A stretch of 64,000 nt of DNA from NCBI GenBank assembly GCA_964467775.1, contig CAYXUD010000008.1, forward strand, positions 20,951-84,950, written 5' to 3'. The DNA is from an uncultured Bacteroides sp. (GTDB lineage: Bacteria; Bacteroidota; Bacteroidia; Bacteroidales; GCA-2748055). Numbering within the stretch: the first letter of the stretch is position 1; the number at the start of each line of letters is the position of its first letter. Of this stretch, positions 1 to 9,174 are shown one piece after another. The notes beneath the pieces were generated by a model. The model ran no database searches. It saw only the letters and a program-made list of their open reading frames with translations, and was not told where the DNA came from. A program made the translations under genes and the position numbers.

Positions 1-643
1 TGGAAGTTCCCACACCCCGCTGGATCTGTATATTATCAACCGATGTGGCCAGGTCGGGCAGGTCTACCCAGTATACCAGGTGAGATTCTGCATCATTCAG
101 GGGGATGCTGTTGATGGTAACGTTGATGCGGCTGGCATCGGTTCCCCGGATCCTCATGGAGGTGTAACCGATCCCGTGTCCGGCATCTGAAGAGGTGACC
201 AGGGAGGGTGTCATGGAGAGCAGGAAGGGGACATCCTGGCCGAAGTTCCTTGATTCGATCTCCTCCCGGTCCATGTTGGTATACGCCACCGGAGATCTCT
301 CCCCCGCCCGGGTGGCAGCCACCATCACCTCCTCGACCATCAAAGGTGATCTCTTCATCACGATCCTTCCCAGGTCCAGGTCGGATGTCAATGTGATGTA
401 CCGGACCACTGTCTCGTAACCCACAAAGGAACCTTTCAACGTGTAGGATCCTTCTGGTACGCTTTCCAGAGAAAATGCCCCCCCGCCGGAGGTAACCGTG
501 CCCCTGTTGAGCTCTGTGATGACCAGGTTGGCTCCCGGAAGGGGCTCTCCTTCTTCATCCACTACCATTCCGGTAATGGTGTGCTGACTGAACGCTGCCG
601 CACTCCAGGCGGAGACGGCAAGCATCAATAGTGCTCGCTTCAT
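1..643 (-). CDS. TonB-dependent receptor, N-terminal part (gene runs off the left edge)
   Basis: Not in the ORF track because it is edge-truncated. My translation of the minus strand from ATG 643..641 reads MKRALLMLAVSAWSAAAFSQHTITGMVVDEEGEPLPGANLVITELNRGTVTSGGGAFSLESVPEGSYTLKGSFVGYE... This is a signal peptide plus a carboxypeptidase-regulatory-like domain, followed by a plug-like region (...SMRIRGTDASRINVTINSIPLND...). Confidence 0.85.
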   Translation of the reverse strand, partial: MKRALLMLAVSAWSAAAFSQHTITGMVVDEEGEPLPGANLVITELNRGTVTSGGGAFSLESVPEGSYTLKGSFVGYETVVRYITLTSDLDLGRIVMKRSPLMVEEVMVAATRAGERSPVAYTNMDREEIESRNFGQDVPFLLSMTPSLVTSSDAGHGIGYTSMRIRGTDASRINVTINSIPLNDAESHLVYWVDLPDLATSVDNIQIQRGVGTS

Positions 644-676
644 GGAAATCTCTAATTTTGATCCATATACGATCTT

Positions 677-760
677 CTTATCCCTACACCGGCATTACCC
701 GTATCAGGTTCTAAGGGTATAATCTCAGCCTGTCATTTAAGGCACCCCCTTAGGGAAGTT
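677..760 (-). promoter_or_regulatory. TPP (thiamine pyrophosphate) riboswitch aptamer (THI element)
   Basis: Minus-strand RNA reads UUCCCUAAGGGGGUGCCUUAAAUGACAGGCUGAGAUUAUACCCUUAGAACCUGAUACGGGUAAUGCCGGUGUAGGGAUAAG. It carries the conserved THI blocks GGGGUGC, GGCUGAGA, ACCC, AACCUGAU, GGGUAAUGCC and GUAGGGA, with a closing helix UCCCUA/UAGGGA. It lies about 35 nt upstream of the receptor ATG at 643. Confidence 0.9.
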
Positions 761-805
761 CAGAACAAAGTTAATGAATTATCCCGGAAGCTTCAAAAAA
801 AGGAG

Positions 806-1162
806 TTATTCCACGTTGAGGACCTCTTTGAAGGCTTTCACCAAGGTCTCCCTGGGAAGGGCTCCCACGGCCATCTGCGGTATGTCATCAAAGGGAATGA
901 AAAGCAGCGAAGGAATGCTCTGGATCCCGAATATGGAGGCCAGCTCCAGCTGTTCCTCGGTATCGATCTTATAGAAATCCATCTTCCCCGAATACTCGGT
1001 GGAGAGCTCCTCCAGGATGGGGGAAACCACTTTGCAGGGCCCGCACCAGTCTGCATAAAAATCAATAATGGCCGGTTTGTCGCCAAGGAATTTCCACTCT
1101 TTGTTTTCCGAGTAATCAAAGATCTTCTCTTTGAAAGTCTCCGCGTTCAGGTGCTCGATCAT
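806..1162 (-). CDS. thioredoxin
   Basis: 118-aa ORF with the WCGPC active site (DFYADWCGPCK) and thioredoxin-fold length. Confidence 0.9.
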   Translation of the reverse strand: MIEHLNAETFKEKIFDYSENKEWKFLGDKPAIIDFYADWCGPCKVVSPILEELSTEYSGKMDFYKIDTEEQLELASIFGIQSIPSLLFIPFDDIPQMAVGALPRETLVKAFKEVLNVE

Positions 1163-1259
1163 CTCTCTTTGCTGTTTTATGTATCATAAATAACGTGAAG
1201 GGGGAAAGATTGTTCTTTCCGGACGGAACACACTTCTGCACATGGCCGGGAAAATATTG

Positions 1260-1267
1260 TATTTTTG
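1260..1267 (+). promoter_or_regulatory. Bacteroidota-type -7 promoter box TATTTTTG (TAnnTTTG)
   Basis: Exact TAnnTTTG match 19 nt upstream of the ATG at 1286. Confidence 0.45.
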
Positions 1268-1285
1268 TGTCACAAACCGCTTCCC

Positions 1286-2731
1286 ATGGACCTGTCCAGG
1301 CATCTTAACCACCAGGTATTCCGGGTGATCGCCGAAGTGTCGGCCCGTGAGCAGGTGGAGACCTACGTGATCGGGGGATTTGTGCGCGATGTGCTGCTCC
1401 ATGGAAAGAGTGCACCGCTCAGGGATATCGATATTGTGGTGATCGGAAGCGGGATCGGTTTGGCAGAAAAGGTCAGGAGCACCCTGCCGGGAGAGGTTCC
1501 GTTTACCGTATACAGGAATTTCGGAACAGCCATGCTGCGGTGGAATGATACGGAAATAGAATTTGTGGGGGCAAGAAAAGAGTCCTACCGCAGGGATTCC
1601 AGGAAGCCCATCGTGGAAAACGGCACCCTCGAGGACGACCAGAAGAGGCGGGATTTTACCATCAATGCACTGGCCATATCACTCAACCCGGGTAATTTCG
1701 GCATGCTGCTGGATCCATTTGACGGTGTCAGGCATCTGAAGGAAAAGGTGATCACCACCCCGCTGGATCCCGGACAGACCTTTTCGGATGACCCGCTGAG
1801 GATGCTCCGGGGGATCAGGTTTGCCGCAAGGCTGGGATTCCGGATCGAGCCTCTGACACTGGATGCCATGGCCCGGAACCGGGAAAGGATCAGCATCGTT
1901 TCACAGGAGCGCATCACCGATGAAATCAACAAGATCCTGCTGACACCCGCACCGGGCAAAGGATTTCTCCTGCTTGACCGGACCGGGCTGCTTGAGATCA
2001 TTTTTCCCGAACTGCACCTGATGAAAGGGGTGGAAGAGGTGGAGGGCCAGTTCCACAAGGATAATTTCCTCCATACCCTGAAGGTTCTCGATAACATCGC
2101 CCGTGAATCCGATAACCTCTGGCTGCGGTGGGCTGCCCTGCTGCACGATATAGCCAAGCCGCGCACCAGGAGATACGAGGCAGGCACAGGATGGACCTTT
2201 CACGCGCACGAGTTCATCGGGGCAAAAATGATTCCCGGCATCTTCCGGAAAATGAAGCTTCCCCTCAACGAGAAGATGAAGTACGTGCAGAAACTGGTGC
2301 AGCTTCACCTCCGGCCCATCGTCCTCTCCCAGGATATCGTTACCGATTCGGCAGTGAGGAGGCTGATCTATGATGCGGGAGAAGACCTGGAAGACCTGAT
2401 GACACTGTGCGAGGCGGATATCACCTCCGGGAATGAGAGGACGGTGAAAAGGCACATGAGGAATTTTGAGATCGTCCGGCAGAAGATCGTGGAGATCGAG
2501 GAGAAAGACTCCGTCAGGAACTTCCAGCCTCCCATTACCGGTGATGATATCCAGTTTGTATTTGGCATCGGACCTTCACCTCAGGTGGGGATGATCAAGA
2601 ACGCCATCAAGAATGCCATTCTGGACGGAGAGATCCACAATGATTTTGAGGCGGCCTGCAGAAAGATGATTGAAACCGGGAAAGGGCTGGGCCTCACTGT
2701 CCGGAACGAGTTGAAAAGAGGGGGCGGCTGA
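1286..2731 (+). CDS. tRNA nucleotidyltransferase / poly(A) polymerase family protein with HD domain (CCA-adding type)
   Basis: Track ORF 1265..2731 starts at TTG; trimmed to the first ATG (MDLSRHLNHQVF...). It has the GGFVRD nucleotidyltransferase head motif and an HD-domain block (LLHDIAKP, FHAHE). Confidence 0.85.
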   Translation: MDLSRHLNHQVFRVIAEVSAREQVETYVIGGFVRDVLLHGKSAPLRDIDIVVIGSGIGLAEKVRSTLPGEVPFTVYRNFGTAMLRWNDTEIEFVGARKESYRRDSRKPIVENGTLEDDQKRRDFTINALAISLNPGNFGMLLDPFDGVRHLKEKVITTPLDPGQTFSDDPLRMLRGIRFAARLGFRIEPLTLDAMARNRERISIVSQERITDEINKILLTPAPGKGFLLLDRTGLLEIIFPELHLMKGVEEVEGQFHKDNFLHTLKVLDNIARESDNLWLRWAALLHDIAKPRTRRYEAGTGWTFHAHEFIGAKMIPGIFRKMKLPLNEKMKYVQKLVQLHLRPIVLSQDIVTDSAVRRLIYDAGEDLEDLMTLCEADITSGNERTVKRHMRNFEIVRQKIVEIEEKDSVRNFQPPITGDDIQFVFGIGPSPQVGMIKNAIKNAILDGEIHNDFEAACRKMIETGKGLGLTVRNELKRGGG

Positions 2732-3719
2732 TGTCCAGGAGTACGGGAAGGTGGTCACTGACCCCTCCTGCAAACCTGGTTCCCTCGTAAGTCCTGAACG
2801 GCTTCAACCCGCCGTAGGTATCATCCCGGGTAAGCAAAAAAGGGATACTGAATACCGAACCGGTGACCCGGTACCGGCCGCACCCCCCCACCACCAGGAA
2901 CATATCGATGCCACTCCAGCCGCCCCTGTATTTATAGCTTCTCCCGGAATCTGACATGATGACATGAAAAATGGAATCCTTCCCCGCCAGTGACATCCGG
3001 AGCGGTTCCATGGAGATTCCGTCCCAGGGTTCATTGAAATCCCCCGCCATGATGATCAGGCTGCCGGGCCTGGCCCGGTGCACCGAGTCGGCCAGGGTCA
3101 GAAGCTGTTTTGACTGCCGCCCGCGGTATTCAGCCGTGGCCCCGGAGCCCCCGTACCTGGAGATGAAATGAACCAGGAAGAGATCGAGGGTATTTCCTCT
3201 TCCCCACGCCCCCCAGGTGTGGATGATCATCCGCGTGTTGCCGAAGGTTTCATCACTGACCGGCGGAATCGCGCACCACCCGGCAGGCCTGAACCGGTCT
3301 TCCCTGAAAAGGCATGCCACATCCATCCCGCGGTGGTCCGGGCTGTCGCAGTGCAGGTAGCCGTAATGGTAAGGGGCCAGGATCGGATGCGCAACCAGCT
3401 CTTCCAGCACCTGTGCATTCTCGACCTCGCCGAGTCCCACGAGATCGGGCGGCTCCCACTGGCCGGCGGCCACAATCACCTTGGCCAGCTTCGCGAGCTT
3501 CCCCCTGTAGCGGCTGAAGGTCCAGTGGCGGATCCCATCCGGGGTAAACTCGTCATCCCCGGCCAGGGAGTCATCGTCAGGATGAAACAGGTTCTCCGTG
3601 TTGTACCACATCAGGCGCAAATCACCCCTCGATCGCAGTGCCTGGGCCTGAACTGGTGCCCGCACCAGCAGGAAAAGCAGGAACATCCTGCCCGCCATCG
3701 TGAACGTGAAATGGTTCAT
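2694..3719 (-). CDS. endonuclease/exonuclease/phosphatase (EEP) family protein, secreted
   Basis: 341 aa with a signal peptide (FLLFLLVRAPVQAQ). EEP-like blocks WYNTENLF, GLGEVEN, AGDFNE and SDHLPV. Its 3' end overlaps the convergent gene by 38 nt. Confidence 0.75.
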   Translation of the reverse strand: MNHFTFTMAGRMFLLFLLVRAPVQAQALRSRGDLRLMWYNTENLFHPDDDSLAGDDEFTPDGIRHWTFSRYRGKLAKLAKVIVAAGQWEPPDLVGLGEVENAQVLEELVAHPILAPYHYGYLHCDSPDHRGMDVACLFREDRFRPAGWCAIPPVSDETFGNTRMIIHTWGAWGRGNTLDLFLVHFISRYGGSGATAEYRGRQSKQLLTLADSVHRARPGSLIIMAGDFNEPWDGISMEPLRMSLAGKDSIFHVIMSDSGRSYKYRGGWSGIDMFLVVGGCGRYRVTGSVFSIPFLLTRDDTYGGLKPFRTYEGTRFAGGVSDHLPVLLDISRPLFSTRSGQ

Positions 3720-3813
3720 GACCTTTCTTTAAAATGGAATGAGGAAGGGACTCCCCCCTGTTCATGGTCCCGGAAGAAAAATATCAGCCTGTTGTGCCCG
3801 GTTCCGGAAATGA

Positions 3814-5253
3814 TCACTTCTGCTCCTCGATGCGCTCGTATGCGCCCAGGTCGGGGGCCTCATCTGCCAGCCGGTTGTTGCCGTCAAAGTCGAAGGGAAC
3901 ATTGACAGCGCTGGCGGGAAGGCCTGCATCAATGGCCGGGGAGAGGGTGTCCAGGGCGTACCTGGCCGGGACCGAATCCAGCAGAGGGTTTTCATAGTTG
4001 ATGATGCCGGTGAACAGGGTATCTTTTGTATAATCCAGGCTGTCGGTCAGTATCTTCATCAGGCAGTGGTCGAACCGGTAATTCAGCCGGCTTCCGTCGT
4101 AGCTGTCAATGACCAGTTCTGTCCTTTCGTTCCCGTAAATGATGGAATTCCGGAAGCGGGCCTGTTCAAACTCCCCTCCCGTGTAGATCACCAGGTTTCC
4201 CATGTCATCGTAATTGCCAAAATTATCTGCCAGGAGAAGGGCCGGCAGCTGCCGGTTTGAATACCAGGAGGGCCATGAATTGTAAAAAGTGCAATGGGTA
4301 AAATCGTAGGCCCCTCCATAGATGAGCCCGGCACAGCTGCCCCCGCACTCCCCGATCACCAGGTTGGCACCGGTGAGCCGTGCATTCAGGGCATAGATTC
4401 CGTTGGCGCTCATGTGGTTGATGATGCTGTTGGTGATCTCCAGGTCAGGCTGAAGCCCCGACCCGGGCGGGGCACTGATCAGGATCCCGAAGATCCCGTT
4501 GATGATCTCGGCATATTCGATGCGGTTCCCGTGGCTGTTTTCGGTCAGGTAGATCAGCCCCCACTGACCGGGTTTGTCCCGGTAGAACTCCTCCAGCCGG
4601 TCCCCGAGGAACCGGACCGGTGCATCCAGGGTGCCGTTCACCTCCAGGGTGCCATCCACATAGAGGATGGCATCCCGGTGCATGTACACGGTCACCCCTG
4701 CATCGATGGTCAGGGAGGAGACTGAATCAACGTATGCATAATTGAGGATCAGGTATGGCTTGTCCGCCGTCCATATCTCCGGTTCGCTGATGATCCCTTC
4801 CCTGATCATATGCACGTCCTGACCCCATGCCACCAGGTCAATGTCCTGTATATTCCCGTTGGTCAGGAAGAGAATGGAATCCTGGATGCGGAGAATGTCA
4901 TCGGAACCGTTGGGGTCGAGGGTGGCTTCCACAAATATGTAGAGGCTGTCCCTGGGTGCGATCTCCAGGTTGGAAAAGCTGATCCCCGGCCGGCCATCCA
5001 CATTGATCCGGAATACCGAGGCGTCACCGCCGGCAAGGGTGATCTGTTCGATCCTGATGAACCGGCTGTACGGGTTCATGACCCTGAAGGACTCGGTGAC
5101 CGTACCGATGGTGGTAAACACCGTGTCAAAGAAGAGGGTGTCCAGGGTGAAGGCCAGCCGTGCTTCAGGGTCTTCGGTATAGCTTCGCTCAGGCTGGCAG
5201 GCAAAGAAAACCAGCAGGGGAATGGAGATTCGTATGATGGTCCGTCGGATCAC
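3814..5253 (-). CDS. hypothetical lipoprotein, probable right-handed beta-helix repeat protein
   Basis: 479 aa with a GTG start and lipobox VFFAC. Repetitive N/G/I-rich segments are typical of parallel beta-helix proteins. The C-terminal block FDFDGNNR...DLGAYE is seen in beta-helix lipoproteins. No family assigned. Confidence 0.5.
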   Translation of the reverse strand: MIRRTIIRISIPLLVFFACQPERSYTEDPEARLAFTLDTLFFDTVFTTIGTVTESFRVMNPYSRFIRIEQITLAGGDASVFRINVDGRPGISFSNLEIAPRDSLYIFVEATLDPNGSDDILRIQDSILFLTNGNIQDIDLVAWGQDVHMIREGIISEPEIWTADKPYLILNYAYVDSVSSLTIDAGVTVYMHRDAILYVDGTLEVNGTLDAPVRFLGDRLEEFYRDKPGQWGLIYLTENSHGNRIEYAEIINGIFGILISAPPGSGLQPDLEITNSIINHMSANGIYALNARLTGANLVIGECGGSCAGLIYGGAYDFTHCTFYNSWPSWYSNRQLPALLLADNFGNYDDMGNLVIYTGGEFEQARFRNSIIYGNERTELVIDSYDGSRLNYRFDHCLMKILTDSLDYTKDTLFTGIINYENPLLDSVPARYALDTLSPAIDAGLPASAVNVPFDFDGNNRLADEAPDLGAYERIEEQK

Positions 5254-5306
5254 CCTGGGTCATTTCTGTTATGAACGCAAAAATGGGGAAAATAATATAA
5301 GAATGC

Positions 5307-5314
5307 TATTTTTG
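5307..5314 (+). promoter_or_regulatory. -7 promoter box TATTTTTG
   Basis: Exact TAnnTTTG match 17 nt upstream of the ATG at 5331. Confidence 0.45.
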
Positions 5315-5330
5315 CTGCAAAGCTTCGCAG

Positions 5331-6977
5331 ATGCAGATCCATCCGGCAATAACGGGCCTGTCAATGATGATACTGATGAGTTGCAGCAACGGTAAAATGG
5401 AGGCAGACCTGATCCTCAGGGGCGGGGTGGTCTACACGGTGGACGATCAATTCAGTATGGCTGAGGCTGTTGCGGTAAAGGGCAGCAGGATACTGGAGGC
5501 CGGAAGTGACCGGGAGATACTGAGGAAATACCATTCACAGACCATCCGTGAACTCCATGGCGCCTTTGTCTACCCCGGCTGGATCGATGCGCATTGTCAT
5601 TTCTTTGGTTACGGCATGAACCTCCACACGGTGGATCTGACCGGCACCACATCGGTGGAGGAGATCATCGGGATCCTGAAGGAACACCAGGCCCGGCACC
5701 AGGGGGCCTGGATCACCGGCAGGGGCTGGGACCAGAATGACTGGGAGGTCCGGGAGTTTCCCGACAGGGCCATGCTCGACGCGCATTTCCCCGATACCCC
5801 CGTCATGCTCCGGCGCATCGACGGGCATGCCGTCTGGACCAATACCATGGCCCTGGAAACGGCGGGGATCACGGCAGCTACCAGGGTGGATGGCGGAAAT
5901 GTGATGCTGAAGGGCGGGGAGCCCAGCGGGATCCTCATCGATCATGCCATCAGCCTGGTGGAATCGAAGATGCCTGAACCTACAGAAGAGGAGATCATCC
6001 ATGCCATCACGGAGGCGGAGAAGCGCTGTTTCGCGGTGGGCCTTACATCGCTCCATGATGCCGGGCTTCCCGGGCGGGTGGTCCTGCTTATGGACTCCCT
6101 GCAGAGGCAGGGGACACTGAAGATCCGGATCAATGCCATGCTTCTGCCCTCCGAGGAGAATTTCACCCGTTTCGTCGAGCATGGACCCTGCCAGACCGAC
6201 CACCTTTCGGTGAACACCATTAAACTATTCAGCGACGGGGCTCTCGGATCAGGAGGAGCCCGGCTGATAGAGCCCTATTCGGATGATCCCCTGAACAGGG
6301 GACTGACCCTGACACCACCGGAGGTCATGGAGGAGCATTGCAGGAGGGCCTACAGGTACCATTTTGCCGTGGCCACCCACTGTATCGGTGATGCTGCCAA
6401 CCGTGAGACCCTGAAGCTCTATGCAGGGATCCTGGGAGGAAAGAACGACCGGCGCTGGCGCATCGAGCATGCCCAGGTTATCCATCCCGACGATTTCCAC
6501 TATTTCGGGGACTACAGCATTGTCCCCTCGGTGCAGTCCACCCACGCCACCTCCGACATGTACTGGGCCGGGCAGCGGCTGGGGCCCGGGAGGATGAAAG
6601 GGGCCTATGCCTACAGGCAGCTGCTGGAGCAGAACGGTTGGATCCCGAACGGCAGTGATTTCCCGGTGGAGGATATCAATCCGCTCTACGGATTCTATGC
6701 CTCCGTGGTAAGGAAGGACCGGCAGGGTTTCCCGCCCGGGGGATTCCAGCCGGAAAATGCGATCAGCCGCCGGCAGGCATTGCGGGCCATGACCATCTGG
6801 GCCGCCAGGGCGGCTTTCGAAGAGCACCTGAAAGGAAGCATAGAACCGGGTAAGCTGGCCGACCTGGTGGTCACCGCATCCGACCTGATGAGGGCGCCCG
6901 ATGAAGATCTCTTCTCCATCAGGGTGCTGGCCACCTACTCGGGAGGGGAGCTCGTGTATGAGAATCCTGGCCCCTAG
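5331..6977 (+). CDS. amidohydrolase family protein (YtcJ-like metal-dependent hydrolase), lipoprotein
   Basis: 548 aa with lipobox MILMSC. Metal-binding block GWIDAHCHFFGYG, plus later HA..SD and D.P.E blocks typical of the Amidohydro_3 family. Confidence 0.8.
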   Translation: MQIHPAITGLSMMILMSCSNGKMEADLILRGGVVYTVDDQFSMAEAVAVKGSRILEAGSDREILRKYHSQTIRELHGAFVYPGWIDAHCHFFGYGMNLHTVDLTGTTSVEEIIGILKEHQARHQGAWITGRGWDQNDWEVREFPDRAMLDAHFPDTPVMLRRIDGHAVWTNTMALETAGITAATRVDGGNVMLKGGEPSGILIDHAISLVESKMPEPTEEEIIHAITEAEKRCFAVGLTSLHDAGLPGRVVLLMDSLQRQGTLKIRINAMLLPSEENFTRFVEHGPCQTDHLSVNTIKLFSDGALGSGGARLIEPYSDDPLNRGLTLTPPEVMEEHCRRAYRYHFAVATHCIGDAANRETLKLYAGILGGKNDRRWRIEHAQVIHPDDFHYFGDYSIVPSVQSTHATSDMYWAGQRLGPGRMKGAYAYRQLLEQNGWIPNGSDFPVEDINPLYGFYASVVRKDRQGFPPGGFQPENAISRRQALRAMTIWAARAAFEEHLKGSIEPGKLADLVVTASDLMRAPDEDLFSIRVLATYSGGELVYENPGP

Positions 6978-7048
6978 CGCATGCAACCATGCATCTGACC
7001 AGTAACAAGAGCCCCGGCGGGTAAAATAACGCCCGTGCAACGGGCAAA

Positions 7049-7666
7049 CTAACGTATCACAATATTGATCCCAAGTGCTGCTATGCCCCAGGAGTACTGC
7101 GAAACAGGGAGGTCATACTCCGCATAGATAAAGACCATCTCACCTGCGTTGATCCCCACGTTCACGGGCAGCCAGAACCTGGCCCCGACCTTGGAATCGC
7201 CTGTTTCGTTATAATCGGTGTAATAGTCCACATCCAGGTCCACTCCTGCCGAAAGATTCAGGAAATAGTTCGGGGAGTAGGTGAACAGGCCCGTCAGGTC
7301 GATCCCGTACCCGTCCCATCTGTGCAGCCCCGCGATCACCGAAAAATAGGCATTCCTGGCTTCGTAGGCCAGGTACTGCAGATCCACCCCGAAATAATCG
7401 GTCCCGTTCAGGACATAGGTATATTTCACACCCAGATCGAGCGAGTACTGAATGCCGTACCCTCCGGTCAGCGCCACAGAGAACGATCCCTGCTCATCCG
7501 GTTGCACACCGATGCTCCGCAGGCCTACGCTCGCGTTGTCAAAGTAATAGGCAGGCACCAGACCCACGCTGAAGGCACGCTGGGGCAGCGTTTTTGCATA
7601 ATTCACCACCTGGCCCGTGGCCAGGAACGGCAGTGTGAGAAGCATAGGTAGCAACAGGCGTTTCAT
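7049..7666 (-). CDS. small outer-membrane beta-barrel protein (hypothetical)
   Basis: 205 aa with a signal peptide. Alternating aromatic/Gly-rich strands and a C-terminal hydrophobic strand (ALGINIVIR). Confidence 0.55.
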   Translation of the reverse strand: MKRLLLPMLLTLPFLATGQVVNYAKTLPQRAFSVGLVPAYYFDNASVGLRSIGVQPDEQGSFSVALTGGYGIQYSLDLGVKYTYVLNGTDYFGVDLQYLAYEARNAYFSVIAGLHRWDGYGIDLTGLFTYSPNYFLNLSAGVDLDVDYYTDYNETGDSKVGARFWLPVNVGINAGEMVFIYAEYDLPVSQYSWGIAALGINIVIR

Positions 7667-7805
7667 CCGTTCAGGATTAATGGATACAAATTACATCTGG
7701 CTGTCCAAAGCAGGTATAAGATACCTGTTTCATCTCCGGGGGAAACAGTGTGGTGGCTTCTTCCGGGACAACCTGGACAAAAATACGATTTCTCTGCTAT
7801 TTTCG

Positions 7806-9164
7806 CTAGAAAACGATCTCCTTGCCCAGGTAAAAATCGAGGATCTTGGTATAGAAGATCAGTACGTATCTCGAGGAGATCCTTTCAGAAGTTGATTCAT
7901 AGAGCTGGTTCCTCGCCTCCTGCAGTTCCAGGGCCGTCCCGGTCCCCACCCTGAACCGTTCCTCGGCAAAACGGTAGGCCTCGTCGCTGTTGGCCACAGC
8001 TTCCTTGGCCGCCCTGTATTTGTCAAGTGCCGCCACGGCCTCTGCATGGTATTGCTGGATCGATTTCTGCAGCTCAAGGACCACATCGTTGTACTTGTAT
8101 TCAGCATCCTGAAGTTCTATCCTGGCCTTGTTGATGTTCGTTTGCGTCCTCCATCTGTTAAAGAACGGGAACTGCAGGCCCATCGATACCTGTCTGTACT
8201 GGTTGTTGGTGACCTGCTCGTTGATGGGGTAATCCATGGTGGGATTCATCGGATCGGGATCCAGGGGATTGATCAGGCCATCGCTGTAATTGGAGTAGTA
8301 GATACCGCGGGCATAGAGCCTGGGGGAGCGTGCCCCCTGCTGCATGGCCAGGTAACGCTCCTGGGCTTCAATGCCGTACTTCGCGCTTTTGATCTGGGGG
8401 AGATGGGACAGGGCATACTGGAATACCGAATCGAGGGGAGGGATATCCGAACCGGAGGGCTCGGGGAATCCGGGCTTCTCTATTTCAAAGGCCACCTGGT
8501 CCGTAATATTCATCAGGTGCATCAGGTTCAGCCGGGCGATCTCCCTCGTATTGATGGCCTGCGTCAGGGAGAGTTCAGCAGCTGAAAGCTGCGCCTTCAC
8601 CTCCAGTAGTTTTCCCTTTGGTTCATTCCCAACCTCGACAAGCCGCTCCATGCGTTCCACCTGCCTTCGTGTCACCTCCACACTGAGCTGGGCTACCTCC
8701 ACCAGTTCCTGGTTGCGCAACAGGTTCAGGTAGTTGGTCATCACTTCCAGCGTGAGGTTATCCTCCATGGCCTCCAGCTCCTCTATATTCATCAGGTAGC
8801 TGGCTTTGCTCATCTTCATGTTGTTGAGTCCCTGCAGGCCGCTGAAAAGGGTCAGGTCACTCTGCAGGCCCAGGTCTCCCTGGCTCACGCTGGCGTTCTT
8901 CCATTCGTAGGTCCCGCGGTCCAGCACACGTCCCGAACCCAGCTGGTGCTCCACCATCCCGTTCAGGTCGGGGAGCAGGGCCATCCTGCTTTGCAGGACA
9001 TCCTGTGAAGCGGACTGGAGCATCAGTTCCTGCCTTTTGACCAGGAGGTTATTCTGGATGGCCTGGTCGATGCAGCGCTCCAGGGTCCAGAGGCTGTCGC
9101 TCTGGGCCTCCATGCCGGAGGCTGTCAAAAACAGCGCTAAAAATGATAGAATCGGGTTTCTCAT
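7806..9164 (-). CDS. TolC-family outer membrane efflux protein
   Basis: 452 aa with a signal peptide. Two-fold repeated long alpha-helical/coiled segments with LxQA..NN repeats, typical of OMF proteins. It follows the adaptor gene after a 10-nt gap. Confidence 0.85.
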   Translation of the reverse strand: MRNPILSFLALFLTASGMEAQSDSLWTLERCIDQAIQNNLLVKRQELMLQSASQDVLQSRMALLPDLNGMVEHQLGSGRVLDRGTYEWKNASVSQGDLGLQSDLTLFSGLQGLNNMKMSKASYLMNIEELEAMEDNLTLEVMTNYLNLLRNQELVEVAQLSVEVTRRQVERMERLVEVGNEPKGKLLEVKAQLSAAELSLTQAINTREIARLNLMHLMNITDQVAFEIEKPGFPEPSGSDIPPLDSVFQYALSHLPQIKSAKYGIEAQERYLAMQQGARSPRLYARGIYYSNYSDGLINPLDPDPMNPTMDYPINEQVTNNQYRQVSMGLQFPFFNRWRTQTNINKARIELQDAEYKYNDVVLELQKSIQQYHAEAVAALDKYRAAKEAVANSDEAYRFAEERFRVGTGTALELQEARNQLYESTSERISSRYVLIFYTKILDFYLGKEIVF

Positions 9165-9174
9165 CGGGCTGGGC

